A DNA stretch of 64,000 nucleotides from Clostridiales bacterium (GCA_028724525.1 JAQYCV010000036.1:6269-70268); one strand, 5' to 3'. Shown: positions 44,247-54,730, counted from the stretch's first letter. Program-made: numbers and translations. Notes: generated by a model from the letters alone, not told the origin.

Positions 44247-46106
44247 TTGCGTAACAAAAAGGAAGAATACATATATCCCAAGGCTAAAAAAAGCAAAATT
44301 TCTCGCAATAGCCTCCTGCTTCTGGCCAGCCTTATCGCTCTTCTGGCCTTGATTATTGGTCTCTTCTACTTCCGCCAGGCCCGAAATGACCAGGCTATCT
44401 TGGGAAATTTTGAGAGAGCCTTACAAGAGCAAAATTATACGGCTGCCATGGACCTTTATTACCGTGTCCAGGACCGGGCGACCGATCAAGAGTTAGCGGC
44501 CGATGACAGGCTACCTGCCCAGAGCATGCAAGTCGCTATGGAAGGCAAAGTCGCAGACCTAGTGGCTTCCAGTCTCCAACGCCTAGAAGCCGGAGAGTCT
44601 TTGACAGAGGAGGAGAAAAGCCGGATTGAAGACCTGCGCTTTCTGTCCTCCATGCAGGTTATTCCCTTTTTGCGGGAGAAAACGGAAGCTCTTTTAGATG
44701 GCAAACTGGAGCCTGGCCTCTGGGAGAAGATGGCCCAGGCTTTTTCAGACTTGGATAATTTGCAAAACTATACCCAAGAGCTTTTAGATCAAAAGCCCAG
44801 CCTCTTAGCCAAGATTGAAAAGTTTGTGGAGGCCGGCGACCTGGAGCAGGGGGATAAATGGCAGCTGACCTGGTCGGCTTGGGAGGACTTGGCCCAAGAC
44901 TTTGAGGGTTCTGCCTTTGCCCGCGAATATGCCTCCTTCCGCTTAGCCGCCTTCCAGGGGAGGGAATACTCTCATTTGATGACCCTGACCGGACAAATGA
45001 TGGAGGCTGAGCAGTACTATACGGCCTACAGTCTCCTTACCCTCATGCATGAAGTTTTTCCAGACCGGGCCGCCCTAAGAGACCGGCTGGAGGAGTGTAG
45101 CAAGCTGATTCCTCCGGCTGTAGAGAGCTGGCAGGGAGATGTCCTGGTCTTATCTTTCCGCCCCTTGATTGTCCGGCCAGAATTGGCCTTTAGTCGTAGT
45201 ACAGAAGCCGGCTACGCCAAGAGCTCTTTAATAACGGCTCAAGAATTTTTAAAACTTCTGGATATCCTCTACCGCAATGACTATGTCCTGATTTCCAGCC
45301 GGCAATTGGAATCTTGGCCCCAAAAAAGAGTCGAGCTGAAGGTACCCGTGGGTAAGAAGCCTCTCCTCTTAATTTTTGATCGCTGGGAATATTCTGTCCT
45401 GAACCAGGTCGCCGGGACGGCGTCTAAATTAAGTGTGGACAAGGATGGCCGCTTAGTGGCCCAGGCAGGCTTGGGCCAAGCCCGCGACTTAGATGCCATC
45501 CCCCTCTTAGAAGACTTCCTACAAGCGCATCCTGATTTCGCTTTTGACGGAGCTAAAGGACTGGTCGCTCTGAATCTCCAAGAAAATCTTCTGGGCTATG
45601 CCGTGAGCCCTGAGCAGGTGGAGGCAAGTCAAGAAGCATGGAAACAAGTGGGCCAGACCTATCCTGACCTGACTGAGGAAGAAATCCTCGCCCAAAGAGA
45701 AGAACTATCCCAAGTCATGACCTATTTGCAGAAGCATGGCTGGTCCTTTGCTGCTGCGGGATATGTAGGTTATGATACCGGAGCCTTGGGTCTAGAGGAC
45801 TTGGCAGGGGAATTGGACCAATGGTCCCAGCTGATGGCCTCCTGGTTACCGGAAACACCTTACTTTGTCTTTCCTAATGGGGCTCATGTCTATAATCGGG
45901 AGGATAGCTTGGACCTCATGCTAGAAAGGGGCTTTCGCATCTTTTTTGGCCAGGGGCCTAAACCCTATCATTTCTATACCAGAAGTTATGCCCACTTCGA
46001 TAGCCTGAGTTTAAATGGCTATAGTCTCTCTTCGCCAGAGGCCTATTTGGCTAGACTTTTCGCTGGCCAAGATATCTTGGATCATGCGCTTAGGGATGGA
46101 GACTAG
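44247..46106 (+). CDS. membrane-anchored protein of unknown function (C-terminal part possibly polysaccharide-deacetylase-like)
   Basis: 619 aa with a TTG start, an N-terminal TM (LLLLASLIALLALIIGLFYF), and long helical repeats followed by a globular domain. The family assignment is weak. Confidence 0.4.
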   Translation: MRNKKEEYIYPKAKKSKISRNSLLLLASLIALLALIIGLFYFRQARNDQAILGNFERALQEQNYTAAMDLYYRVQDRATDQELAADDRLPAQSMQVAMEGKVADLVASSLQRLEAGESLTEEEKSRIEDLRFLSSMQVIPFLREKTEALLDGKLEPGLWEKMAQAFSDLDNLQNYTQELLDQKPSLLAKIEKFVEAGDLEQGDKWQLTWSAWEDLAQDFEGSAFAREYASFRLAAFQGREYSHLMTLTGQMMEAEQYYTAYSLLTLMHEVFPDRAALRDRLEECSKLIPPAVESWQGDVLVLSFRPLIVRPELAFSRSTEAGYAKSSLITAQEFLKLLDILYRNDYVLISSRQLESWPQKRVELKVPVGKKPLLLIFDRWEYSVLNQVAGTASKLSVDKDGRLVAQAGLGQARDLDAIPLLEDFLQAHPDFAFDGAKGLVALNLQENLLGYAVSPEQVEASQEAWKQVGQTYPDLTEEEILAQREELSQVMTYLQKHGWSFAAAGYVGYDTGALGLEDLAGELDQWSQLMASWLPETPYFVFPNGAHVYNREDSLDLMLERGFRIFFGQGPKPYHFYTRSYAHFDSLSLNGYSLSSPEAYLARLFAGQDILDHALRDGD

Positions 46107-46977
46107 GTCCCACTAAGGTGCCTGGATCTTCCGGACGGAAGGAGTTTTTGACCTGCATGCTAAGACCCTTGGCTTGCAAGGGTCGGACGGCTTCGGGGTG
46201 CAAGACGCTTGCACCATGCTCTGCCATTTCTAACATCTGGTCATAGGTCAGATAGGGAAGGGGCTGGGCTTCAGGATGAACCCGGGGATCGGTGACAAAA
46301 ACTCCGGACACATCGGTCCAGATTTCACAGTCTGCTTGCAGGGCGGCTGCCAGCCAGGCTGCGGTGACATCTGAGCCTCCCCGGGATAGGGGACGACGTT
46401 TGCCAGCTGCGTCTCGGCCATAGAAGCCGGGAATGACCAAGAGGTCATAGCGCTCTAAAAGGGTGACTAGCTGGTCCCGTATCTTGTCCAAGGAATCCTC
46501 ATGGATTCGATAATGTTCGCCAGCCTTATAGACTAAAATGCCCGCTTGGCTCGCACCGACAAAGCTTGCTTTATAGCCGGACTTGCAGAGATAGGCGGCC
46601 ATGACGGAAGCGGAAAATATTTCCCCTAAGGCAATCAGGCCGTCATAGCGGTCGACACTGAGATCTTTTTCCTCTTCCTTTAAACGTTCGCTGATACGCT
46701 GGCCGTGTAGCATATCTGCCTGCCGAACGCCCAAGTCTTCCGTGATTTCTTGGAAGTGTGCTTCTATCTCTTGACGAAGGAGGAGGGACTTTTCTTCGTC
46801 CTGGGAATAGGCCAAGTCGATGAGAAGGTCAGTGATTTTCCGATCCTGGGGAAAGCGCTTGCCCGGGGCTGAGCAAACACAAATTCTGCGATCTGGCTCG
46901 GCTCTCAGTATATCTGCTGCTTGGCGAAAGCGAGTAGCGGTAGCCAGTGAACTGCCTCCAAACTTCGCGACTAACAT
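46090..46977 (-). CDS. aspartate-kinase-like amino-acid kinase, catalytic domain only (no ACT domains)
   Basis: MLVAKFGGSSLATATRFRQAADIL...ICVCSAPGK...RGGSDVTAAWLAAAL...TDVSGVFVTDPR. The ORF ends right after the kinase fold, and its 3' end overlaps the convergent gene by 17 nt. Confidence 0.65.
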   Translation of the reverse strand: MLVAKFGGSSLATATRFRQAADILRAEPDRRICVCSAPGKRFPQDRKITDLLIDLAYSQDEEKSLLLRQEIEAHFQEITEDLGVRQADMLHGQRISERLKEEEKDLSVDRYDGLIALGEIFSASVMAAYLCKSGYKASFVGASQAGILVYKAGEHYRIHEDSLDKIRDQLVTLLERYDLLVIPGFYGRDAAGKRRPLSRGGSDVTAAWLAAALQADCEIWTDVSGVFVTDPRVHPEAQPLPYLTYDQMLEMAEHGASVLHPEAVRPLQAKGLSMQVKNSFRPEDPGTLVGPSLHP

Positions 46978-47125
46978 TTGCCCTGCCTCCTTCCATCTTT
47001 TGACTTAAAGCGCCTCATGATAGCATGCGATGGCCCATCTCCGCCAGCTTCTTTGCTATAATCCAGCTGACAGTAGCCTGGCTACTGGAAAGCTGACCAA
47101 GTGGCCAGGAGAGGCGGAGCTGTGC

Positions 47126-47662
47126 ATGGCAAGACTATTTATACCAGATTTCTATGTAGAAGAGCTTTTGGATGTTGATTGGACCTTTCTCGAAGACCAG
47201 GGTGTTCGGCATGTTTATTTAGATATCGATAACACTCTGGAATTACAAGGGGCCAGGCAAGCAGGTCCTAGAACTCAGGCCATTTGCCAGTCTGTCTTAG
47301 ATGCGGGCCTTGGCCTTTCTGTTCTATCCAATGCAGCAACAGAGAGGGCGCGGACCTTCTGCGCCCCCTTAGGTCTTGACTATCTAGGACAAGCGGCTAA
47401 GCCCCTAACTGGCCGCATGAGACAGGATATGGAGACTAAAGGCCTAAAGCCCCAAGAGCTCGCCCTAGTGGGAGACCAGATTTTTACAGATCTCTGGTGC
47501 GCCAGAGCCTTGGGATGCCAGGCTGTTCTGGTCCGCAGCTTGGGCGGCCAGGAAGGATTTTGGCTCCGAGTCAAGCGCAAACTGGAAAAATTTCTCCTCT
47601 TGCTAGGCCAGGACCCCCGTAAGGCTCCTCGCCTGCCTCTCAAGACCAAGCCTATTGCGTGA
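47126..47662 (+). CDS. yqeG: YqeG-family HAD-IIIA phosphatase
   Basis: VRHVYLDIDNTL (the DxD nucleophile motif) and LVGDQIFTDLWCA. ATG 47126 (RBS AGGAGAGG) is preferred to the track start 47030. Confidence 0.75.
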   Translation: MARLFIPDFYVEELLDVDWTFLEDQGVRHVYLDIDNTLELQGARQAGPRTQAICQSVLDAGLGLSVLSNAATERARTFCAPLGLDYLGQAAKPLTGRMRQDMETKGLKPQELALVGDQIFTDLWCARALGCQAVLVRSLGGQEGFWLRVKRKLEKFLLLLGQDPRKAPRLPLKTKPIA

Positions 47663-47753
47663 CCTGGCTCGATAGCATAGAATATTACAAGTTTACTAGA
47701 TCAAGATAGGACCACAGGGGTCAGGCCTTTCGTGGTTAGTTTTAGGAGGATTT

Positions 47754-48317
47754 ATGATTAGTGCAGGTGATTTCCGTAACGGTGTATGCTTTGAGATGGA
47801 TGGACAACTCTACCAGGTTGTAGAATTCCAGCATGTTAAGCCTGGTAAAGGCGCCGCCTTTGTCCGCACCAAATATCGCAATATCAAGACTGGAGCCGTT
47901 GTAGAAAACAGCTTTAACCCCAATGAAAAATACGAAGAGGTCCAGCTCAACCGTGATGATATGTCCTATCTTTACAATGATGGCAACCTCTACTATTTCA
48001 TGAACACACAGACTTTCGAACAGATTCCTGTCAATGCAGACGCGATTGGTGATGGCCTCCGCTTCCTGAAAGAAAATATGGAAGTCCGCATGATGACCTA
48101 TAAGGGTGAGGTTATCTCCATTGAGATCCCTAATTTTGTGGAACTGGAAGTCACGGAATGTGAGCCTGGTGTCCGTGGAGATACTGCGACTAACGCTACC
48201 AAATCCGCCATTGTGGAAACTGGGGCAGAAATCCGGGTACCTCTCTTTATCAACCAAGGTGATGTTATTCGCATCGATACCCGGACTGGGGATTATATGG
48301 AGCGGGCCAAGTCATAA
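47754..48317 (+). CDS. efp: elongation factor P
   Basis: [47 protein letters not shown]. Confidence 0.95.
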   Translation: MISAGDFRNGVCFEMDGQLYQVVEFQHVKPGKGAAFVRTKYRNIKTGAVVENSFNPNEKYEEVQLNRDDMSYLYNDGNLYYFMNTQTFEQIPVNADAIGDGLRFLKENMEVRMMTYKGEVISIEIPNFVELEVTECEPGVRGDTATNATKSAIVETGAEIRVPLFINQGDVIRIDTRTGDYMERAKS

Positions 48318-48338
48318 TTTTGACCCCGCCTGATCAAG

Positions 48339-48716
48339 ATGCCTGACTATAACGAGTATCCGCCAATCAAAGGGGAGCGTACCCTCTCACAGGGCTTTAT
48401 TGCTCAATATGCCGCGGAGGCCGCCCTCAGCGTATCTGGGGTGGCCAAACTCGATACAGGCTTGGTCGTGTCGCTTAAGGAAGCCCTAGGGGCTGAGCAC
48501 TACGGCAAGGGGGTCCGGGTCCGCTTTGATCGGCAAGACCCCGCCCTCGTGAATATAGACGTTTATCCGATCATGTTTTACGGCTATATCTTGCCGAACG
48601 TAGCCTGGACGGTACAAGAAAAAATTAAATCCGCTGTTGAGGAGTACACAGGGCTGAGTGTCAATGCAGTCAATGTCCAGGTCATGGGAGTTGTAGAAGA
48701 AGGAGCAGAACTATGA
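48339..48716 (+). CDS. Asp23/Gls24-family envelope stress protein
   Basis: ISQGFIAQYAAEAALSVSGVAKL...VNIDVY...V.EKIKSAVEEYTGLSVNAVNVQV. Confidence 0.8.
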   Translation: MPDYNEYPPIKGERTLSQGFIAQYAAEAALSVSGVAKLDTGLVVSLKEALGAEHYGKGVRVRFDRQDPALVNIDVYPIMFYGYILPNVAWTVQEKIKSAVEEYTGLSVNAVNVQVMGVVEEGAEL

Positions 48717-49264
48717 GCCGTTGGAATCGTATCTTAGCTGTTATTTTTTCTTTCCTCTTAGCCTTGGGGTCTTTAATCACCATCCTCATGTTTTTGTCAG
48801 AAGATATTATGTCGGCCATGATCGCCTTTCTTTTGCGGATCCAGAAAATTTCCGGCTGGCGAGGTTCCATCGTGGCCGCTTCCATTATTATCTTTATCCT
48901 GGCTTTGGTGGCTCTCCTCCTGACGATTATGACCGGTCGCCTGCATAAGGCCCGGGTCCGGTCTTCTAACCTGGGTGATGTGGATATCGGTGTAGACGCG
49001 ATTGAAAGCATAGCGCTCAACGCTGCTAATAATGCCCAAGCGGGCGTCAAATCAGTCAAGGCCCGCGTAGCGCCTAAAGATGGTGATAATATCATTGTTA
49101 GCCTGAACATTAGCTCTTATCCAGATGTAGAGATCCCTGCCATGATGACCAAGGTCCAGGAGAGAGTGAAGAAGGATGTCGAGCGCTATACGGGTATTCA
49201 AGTCGCAGAGGTCCCCATCAAGGTCAGTCAGGTTGACACTGTATCCGCCCGCATTGAACGCTAG
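48713..49264 (+). CDS. AmaP-like membrane anchor for Asp23 (alkaline shock response)
   Basis: Two N-terminal TM helices followed by an Asp23-like domain (GVDAIESIALNAANN...VKKDVERYTGIQVAEVPIKV). Its start overlaps the upstream gene by 4 nt. Confidence 0.7.
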   Translation: MSRWNRILAVIFSFLLALGSLITILMFLSEDIMSAMIAFLLRIQKISGWRGSIVAASIIIFILALVALLLTIMTGRLHKARVRSSNLGDVDIGVDAIESIALNAANNAQAGVKSVKARVAPKDGDNIIVSLNISSYPDVEIPAMMTKVQERVKKDVERYTGIQVAEVPIKVSQVDTVSARIER

Positions 49265-49274
49265 GTCCTGTGCT

Positions 49275-49520
49275 ATGCCAGAAAACAAGTCCTTTCTTCA
49301 ACAAATCTCTCAAGATATTGAGCAACTCTCGACCGGGGGGAAGGGAGCCGTTTTAGGTTTTATCCTCGGCCTCCTACTCATTGTGTTCGGTCTGTGGAAG
49401 ACCATTTTTGTCCTCCTTATGACCCTGATCGGCTATATTGTTGGCCTGCGCGTTTTTACCCGTTATGGTTCTGTGAGAGATTTTTTAGACAAGATTTTCC
49501 CCCCCGGTTTTTTCAGGTAG
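49275..49520 (+). CDS. small DUF2273-like integral membrane protein
   Basis: MPENKSFLQQISQDIEQLSTGGKGAVLGFILGLLLIVFGLWKTIFVLLMTLIGYIVG. The start is trimmed from track 49176 to ATG 49275, after the upstream stop. Confidence 0.65.
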   Translation: MPENKSFLQQISQDIEQLSTGGKGAVLGFILGLLLIVFGLWKTIFVLLMTLIGYIVGLRVFTRYGSVRDFLDKIFPPGFFR

Positions 49521-49529
49521 AGGCTGCAA

Positions 49530-49940
49530 ATGACAAGAAGTGAAATTCGAGAACAAGCTTTACGTTTCTTATACCAGCTGGCCGTGCAAGTGGACGACTC
49601 TGTCCAGCAGGAAGAGCGCTTTTTAAGCTATAACGATTTTTCGGAAGCAGACCTGAAGTTTTTTCATAACCTAGTCGACGGTGTAATGGATCATGCGGAT
49701 GAATTAGACCAGGAAATCACTACAGCCCTGGTGGATTGGAAGTTTGACCGCCTGCCTTTGATTGACCAAAATATCCTCCGGATGGCTTGGTTTGAAATCA
49801 AGTATTCTTCCGAAGTGCCTCCTGCGGTAGCTATTTCGGAAGCCGTTCAGCTTGCTAAACTCTATTCAGATGAAGGCGCCCATTCGTATATCAATGCCGT
49901 GCTGGGTTCCTTGTACCGCCAGCATGAGGCTAAGGAATGA
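49530..49940 (+). CDS. nusB: transcription antitermination factor NusB
   Basis: MTRSEIREQALRFLYQL...DQNILRMAWFEIKYSSEVPPAVAISEAVQLAK. Confidence 0.9.
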   Translation: MTRSEIREQALRFLYQLAVQVDDSVQQEERFLSYNDFSEADLKFFHNLVDGVMDHADELDQEITTALVDWKFDRLPLIDQNILRMAWFEIKYSSEVPPAVAISEAVQLAKLYSDEGAHSYINAVLGSLYRQHEAKE

Positions 49941-51241
49941 GTGCCGTTCGCCTTACTGTTGCGGAGTTAAATGCCTTAGCCAGTGAAATCTTAGGCCAGG
50001 CCCCCTTGGCAGATTGCGAACTCCTAGGGGAAGTTTCTGCGGCTACACTGGCCGCCTCTGGACATTTTTATTTCACCCTCAAGGATGCGAGCGCCAGTGT
50101 ATCCTGTGTCATGTTTCGTCAGGACTTTTCCCGCCTGGCCAAAAGACCGCAGGTCGGTGACCAGGTTATTTTACGAGGACGGGCTGGCCTCTATCAAAGA
50201 GACGGCCGCTTCCAGTTTTATGCACAAGACTTGCGCCTAGGCGGCCAAGGAAATCTTTGGCAGCAATTTGAGGCCTTGAAGGCGGAGTTAGAGGCCAAGG
50301 GCTATTTTGCGCCTGACCATAAGCAGGCCCTCCCTTCCTTGCCCCATACGATAGGGATTGTGACCTCTTCTAAAGGGGCGGCTGTCCACGATATTATCAA
50401 TGTGAGTCAGCGCCGCTTTCCGGGCATTAAACTCCAACTCATTCCGGTTGCAGTCCAAGGGCCAGGGGCCAGCCAGGAGATTGCCCGCGCTATCAAAATT
50501 TTTAACCATTTAGGCCAGGCAGACCTCTTAATTGTAGGCCGAGGAGGAGGATCTCAAGAGGACCTTTGGGCCTTCAATGAGCGGCTAGTGGCAGATGCCA
50601 TTTACCAGTCGACCATCCCCATTATCTCTGCAGTGGGCCATGAAACGGACTTTTCCATCTCCGACTTTGTCGCTGACCTCAGAGCCCCTACTCCCTCTGC
50701 GGCGGCAGAGCTCGCTGTACCCGTAAAGGCAGACCTTGTCCAGGGCCTCCAGACCCTCCAACAGAGCCTTAAGCGGGCCATGGTCCAGCAAGTGGTAAGT
50801 CACAAACAGTTAGGCCAGGCTTTTAACCGCCGCCTTTACCGGGCCTGGACCAGCCGCCTGGCTGAGGCATCGCAAAGACTCGACACACTTATGCGGCACC
50901 CCCTTCTCCAGTCTCCGCTTCAGACTTTAAAACTACGCCGTCAGGAATTGGCTAGCCTAGAGAAGGACCTGCTGAACTTACAGGCTCAGGGATCTGATCG
51001 CCGCCACCGCCAGTTGGCAGACCTTAGCGGAAAATTAGAATTATTAAATCCCTACAATATCTTACAAAGAGGCTATACGGCTGTCTTAGATGGAGAGGGC
51101 AGAATCCTCTCCCGGGTCAGCCAAGTCCAGGAGGCTAGTCAGGTCCATATACGCTTTATCGATGGCCAGGCTATAGCGGATATTAGAGAGATCTCATGTG
51201 ATAATAAAGGCTCTAGCCTTTCTAATACTGAGGGTCATTAG
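49937..51241 (+). CDS. xseA: exodeoxyribonuclease VII large subunit
   Basis: OB-fold N-terminus (GEVSAATLAASGHFYFTLKD), then IGIVTSSKGAAVHDI and GRGGGSQEDLWAFNE. Confidence 0.9.
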   Translation: MSAVRLTVAELNALASEILGQAPLADCELLGEVSAATLAASGHFYFTLKDASASVSCVMFRQDFSRLAKRPQVGDQVILRGRAGLYQRDGRFQFYAQDLRLGGQGNLWQQFEALKAELEAKGYFAPDHKQALPSLPHTIGIVTSSKGAAVHDIINVSQRRFPGIKLQLIPVAVQGPGASQEIARAIKIFNHLGQADLLIVGRGGGSQEDLWAFNERLVADAIYQSTIPIISAVGHETDFSISDFVADLRAPTPSAAAELAVPVKADLVQGLQTLQQSLKRAMVQQVVSHKQLGQAFNRRLYRAWTSRLAEASQRLDTLMRHPLLQSPLQTLKLRRQELASLEKDLLNLQAQGSDRRHRQLADLSGKLELLNPYNILQRGYTAVLDGEGRILSRVSQVQEASQVHIRFIDGQAIADIREISCDNKGSSLSNTEGH

Positions 51242-51262
51242 TCCCTACACAAGGAGCAAGTT

Positions 51263-51559
51263 ATGCAAGAACCCCACATTTCCCATAGCCCAGAAACAAC
51301 TGCCTCTGACCAAGGTCAAACGCCTCGTCTGGAATCGATGTCCTATGAAGAGGCTATTGGTGAGTTAGAAGAAATTGTCAAACGCCTAGAAAAGGGTGAA
51401 GCGAAGTTGGAAGAATCGGCCCAGCTCTATGAGCGGGGCTTAGCCTTAGCCAAACACTGTTCGGGCATCCTCCAGGATATGGAGGATAGGGTGAGCCAGC
51501 TGAGCCTGACACCCGAGGGCGAAATTCTCGAGCAAGACTTCACACTAGGAGCGGACTAA
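51263..51559 (+). CDS. xseB: exodeoxyribonuclease VII small subunit
   Basis: SYEEAIGELEEIVKRLEKGEAKLEESAQLYERGLALAKHC. The true start may be the internal Met. Confidence 0.85.
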   Translation: MQEPHISHSPETTASDQGQTPRLESMSYEEAIGELEEIVKRLEKGEAKLEESAQLYERGLALAKHCSGILQDMEDRVSQLSLTPEGEILEQDFTLGAD

Positions 51560-53424
51560 TGTCTGCTTTTCCCGCTATCCAAAGTCCCCAAGATATTAAG
51601 GGCTATTCAGTCGAGGAACTGGAGAGCCTGGCGGCTAGTTGTCGAGCGGAAATCCTGCAGGCTGTATCGAAGAATGGCGGCCATTTGGCCTCTAATTTAG
51701 GCACAGTTGAATTAACCCTAGCCCTGGCTAAGACCTTTAACTTTGGCCCGGAAGGGGACCGGCTCATTTTTGATGTGGGCCACCAATGTTATACCTGGAA
51801 GCTCTTAACCGGGCGACTTGATGGCTTTGATAAGCTTCGCCAGCAGGATGGCCTGGCGGGCTTTCCCAAAATGACGGAATCTGCTTTTGACTACTATAAT
51901 GCAGGCCACTCCTCCGATGCTATTTCTATTGCACTGGGCTACCAGCGGGCAGACCGCCTTCAAGGCCGGACCCGGCAAAATATTGCCCTTGTGGGGGATG
52001 GTGGTCTGACAGGCGGGGTGAGTTATGAGGCTCTGAATGATGCTGGCCAAAAGCAAGATCCCATCAAGATCATTTTGAATGACAACCAAATGTCCATAGA
52101 CCACAATGTGGGCGGTCTGACCCGGCATTTGGAAAAACTCAGAATGTCCCAATCCTATCGGGACCTCAAGCAGAAGGTCAGCGGCCGCCTGAGCCCTCAC
52201 GGTTTTTTGCGCAAGGGCTTGAACAAGCTGAAAAGGGCCTTCCGTATGCGGCTCCACCAAAACTCCGCCTTTTTTGAGGCCCTGGGCTTCCGCTATTATG
52301 GGCCGGTGGACGGCCATGACCTAGAGGCCCTCCTGCGGTCTCTGAAGGCCCTGCAAGATTCCCCTCACCCTACAGTCCTTCATGTGATGACCCAAAAGGG
52401 GAGGGGCTATCCCTTTGCGGAGCAAGACCCCGCCTCTTATCATGGGGTAGGTAGCTTTGCCCTGGAAGAGGGCTTGAAGAAGTCAGACAGGCCCCAGAAT
52501 AGCTTTTCGGCCTGCTTGTCCCGTAAGCTAGTAGACCTGGGGGCTAAAGATAATCGGGTATGCGCCATTACGGCCGCCATGGCACAAGGGACGGGACTCG
52601 CGGATTTTGCCAAGGCTTTTCCAGACCGATATTTTGATGTCGCCATAGCCGAACAGCATGCGGCTAGCCTGGCAGCTGGGCTGGCCTTAGGGGGCATGCG
52701 GCCCTTTGCTGCGATATATTCTACCTTTAGCCAGAGGGCAGTGGACCAGATTCTCCATGATATATGCCTGCAAAACTTGGGCGTTACCCTCCTCCTAGAC
52801 CGGTCCGGCCTGGTTGGCAATGATGGAGAAACGCACCAAGGCCTTTACGATACTGCTATATTCCAAGCCTTCCCCCATTTGCAACTTTTTGCACCGGCAG
52901 ACAGCCAGGATCTGGACCTCATCCTGGACTATGCTTTAAGTCAAGACGGGCCGGTCATGGTGCGCTATCCCAAGACTCAAGCCAAGCCTGACCTTGACCT
53001 AGCCCCCCAGGACCGCCATCTGTTCCAGGCCAGACAGGTGGCTGAAGGTCCAGACTACACCCTCCTTGTCTTTGGTAGCCTGGCTGGCAGTGCCCTGGCC
53101 GCCAGCCAACAAGTCTCCCAAGAGGCAGGCCTGCAGGCCGATGTCTTTTCCCTGGTCTGTGGCAAGGGAGCTGACTTGGCAAGCGTCAAGGCCTCTCTGG
53201 CGAAGACACGAAAATTGCTCATTGTTGAAGAAGCACACGGTGCTTATGGCTTCGCAGGTCAGGCCGTTTTAAGTCTATCTTCCCCTCAGGAGCCTTTTAG
53301 CTATAAAATTATTTCTGTCCAGGACCCCTTAAGGGGACAGGCCAGTCGAGACCAACTCCTCCAAGCAGAAGGCCTGGATGTTTCGGGCCTTGCTCGGCAG
53401 ATACAAGCGTTCTTGCAATCATAG
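51559..53424 (+). CDS. dxs: 1-deoxy-D-xylulose-5-phosphate synthase
   Basis: GGHLASNLGTVELTLAL...IFDVGHQCYTWKLLTGR...GDGGLTGG. Confidence 0.95.
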   Translation: MSAFPAIQSPQDIKGYSVEELESLAASCRAEILQAVSKNGGHLASNLGTVELTLALAKTFNFGPEGDRLIFDVGHQCYTWKLLTGRLDGFDKLRQQDGLAGFPKMTESAFDYYNAGHSSDAISIALGYQRADRLQGRTRQNIALVGDGGLTGGVSYEALNDAGQKQDPIKIILNDNQMSIDHNVGGLTRHLEKLRMSQSYRDLKQKVSGRLSPHGFLRKGLNKLKRAFRMRLHQNSAFFEALGFRYYGPVDGHDLEALLRSLKALQDSPHPTVLHVMTQKGRGYPFAEQDPASYHGVGSFALEEGLKKSDRPQNSFSACLSRKLVDLGAKDNRVCAITAAMAQGTGLADFAKAFPDRYFDVAIAEQHAASLAAGLALGGMRPFAAIYSTFSQRAVDQILHDICLQNLGVTLLLDRSGLVGNDGETHQGLYDTAIFQAFPHLQLFAPADSQDLDLILDYALSQDGPVMVRYPKTQAKPDLDLAPQDRHLFQARQVAEGPDYTLLVFGSLAGSALAASQQVSQEAGLQADVFSLVCGKGADLASVKASLAKTRKLLIVEEAHGAYGFAGQAVLSLSSPQEPFSYKIISVQDPLRGQASRDQLLQAEGLDVSGLARQIQAFLQS

Positions 53425-53436
53425 AGAGGTGATTCC

Positions 53437-54249
53437 ATGTTAGTAGGCCTCTATGCCAACCCAGATCGTGACCCCGATTTTGTCTATCGTCAGCAGTTGA
53501 CCCAGCTCTTTGCCGACAAGGGGGTCCAGGTCCTTACGGACCCTGCAAAATTTGGATCCGCTGACCTCGTGATCTCTTTGGGTGGAGATGGTACCTTCCT
53601 CACTCTTGCCCATTTGGACACGGTTATTGATAAGCCCTGCATAGGTGTTAATCTGGGTTCTGTGGGCTTCCTCACAGAAATTGAACCCCAAGACCTGGCT
53701 CAGGCTGTTGACCAAATTTGCCAGGGCCAATATGAGATTGACGAACGCATGATGTTGTCTATGCAAGTCCTAGACGACCAGGGCCAGCTGCTTCAAAAAC
53801 GGGAGGCCTTGAATGATGTTGCCATGATGAGGCTGGCTGGGGGCCGGATAGTCACCGTAGATTTTTGGATCAACTCCCATCCGGTAGAGCGCATTCCTGG
53901 GGATGGCCTGATCATTTCGACCTCTACCGGGTCTACAGCTTATTCGCTGGCGGCGGGTGGCCCCATTGTCCACCCAGACATGGATGTAATTATAATCACC
54001 CCGATTTGTCCCCATACTCTGCATAATCGTAGCTATTTGGCCCCAGGAGATGCTACAATTGAGCTGAGATTAAGTGAAGATAGTTCTGCTGCTATGGTCT
54101 CGGCTGATGGCAAGCAGTCCATTAAAATTGAGCAGGGTATGATAAAAATACAAAAGTCTCGCAGGACTTTTAAAATCCTCCGCCTGGGAGGAGACCGTTT
54201 TTACCAAGTCCTGCCGCAAAAGATCCAAGAAAGGGGAATGCTTAGATGA
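53437..54249 (+). CDS. nadK: NAD kinase
   Basis: LVISLGGDGTFL...GVNLGSVGFL...TGSTAYSLAAGGPIV. Confidence 0.9.
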   Translation: MLVGLYANPDRDPDFVYRQQLTQLFADKGVQVLTDPAKFGSADLVISLGGDGTFLTLAHLDTVIDKPCIGVNLGSVGFLTEIEPQDLAQAVDQICQGQYEIDERMMLSMQVLDDQGQLLQKREALNDVAMMRLAGGRIVTVDFWINSHPVERIPGDGLIISTSTGSTAYSLAAGGPIVHPDMDVIIITPICPHTLHNRSYLAPGDATIELRLSEDSSAAMVSADGKQSIKIEQGMIKIQKSRRTFKILRLGGDRFYQVLPQKIQERGMLR

Positions 54250-54728
54250 GAAGTGCAAAGAATCCACGTCAATCCCGTATCCTCCAAATTGTGAAGAGCC
54301 AGAACATCTCCACCCAGGGAGACCTCGTCGATGCCCTCAGGGAAGCAGGTATGCAAGTCACACAGGCGACTGTTTCCCGCGATATCAAGGAGCTGGGGAT
54401 TATCAAGGTCACGACCGCAAGCGGCGACCTCAAGTATGTGCCCATGGCTCAGACAGGCGAAGGCGCCTCCGGACGCTTCATGAAGGTTTTCCGGGAAGCG
54501 GTTACTTCAATTCATACTGCTGACGCCCTGGTCATCATTAAGACCCTGCCTGGCATGGCCCAAGCAGCCGCTTCTGCCCTTGACTCTATGCATTTAGAAT
54601 CGCTGATTGGCACGATAGCAGGGGATGATACCATCTTTGTTGCCAACCCTAGCAAAGAGGATGCCGAGGCTATGAAAGACCATCTGATTTCCGTATCCCA
54701 GATTGACCCGGAGTTGCCTGGCTACTAG
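54246..54728 (+). CDS. argR: arginine repressor
   Basis: RQSRILQIVKSQNISTQGDLVDALREAGMQVTQATVSRDIKELGIIKV...GTIAGDDTIF. Confidence 0.9.
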   Translation: MRSAKNPRQSRILQIVKSQNISTQGDLVDALREAGMQVTQATVSRDIKELGIIKVTTASGDLKYVPMAQTGEGASGRFMKVFREAVTSIHTADALVIIKTLPGMAQAAASALDSMHLESLIGTIAGDDTIFVANPSKEDAEAMKDHLISVSQIDPELPGY

Positions 54729-54730
54729 AG

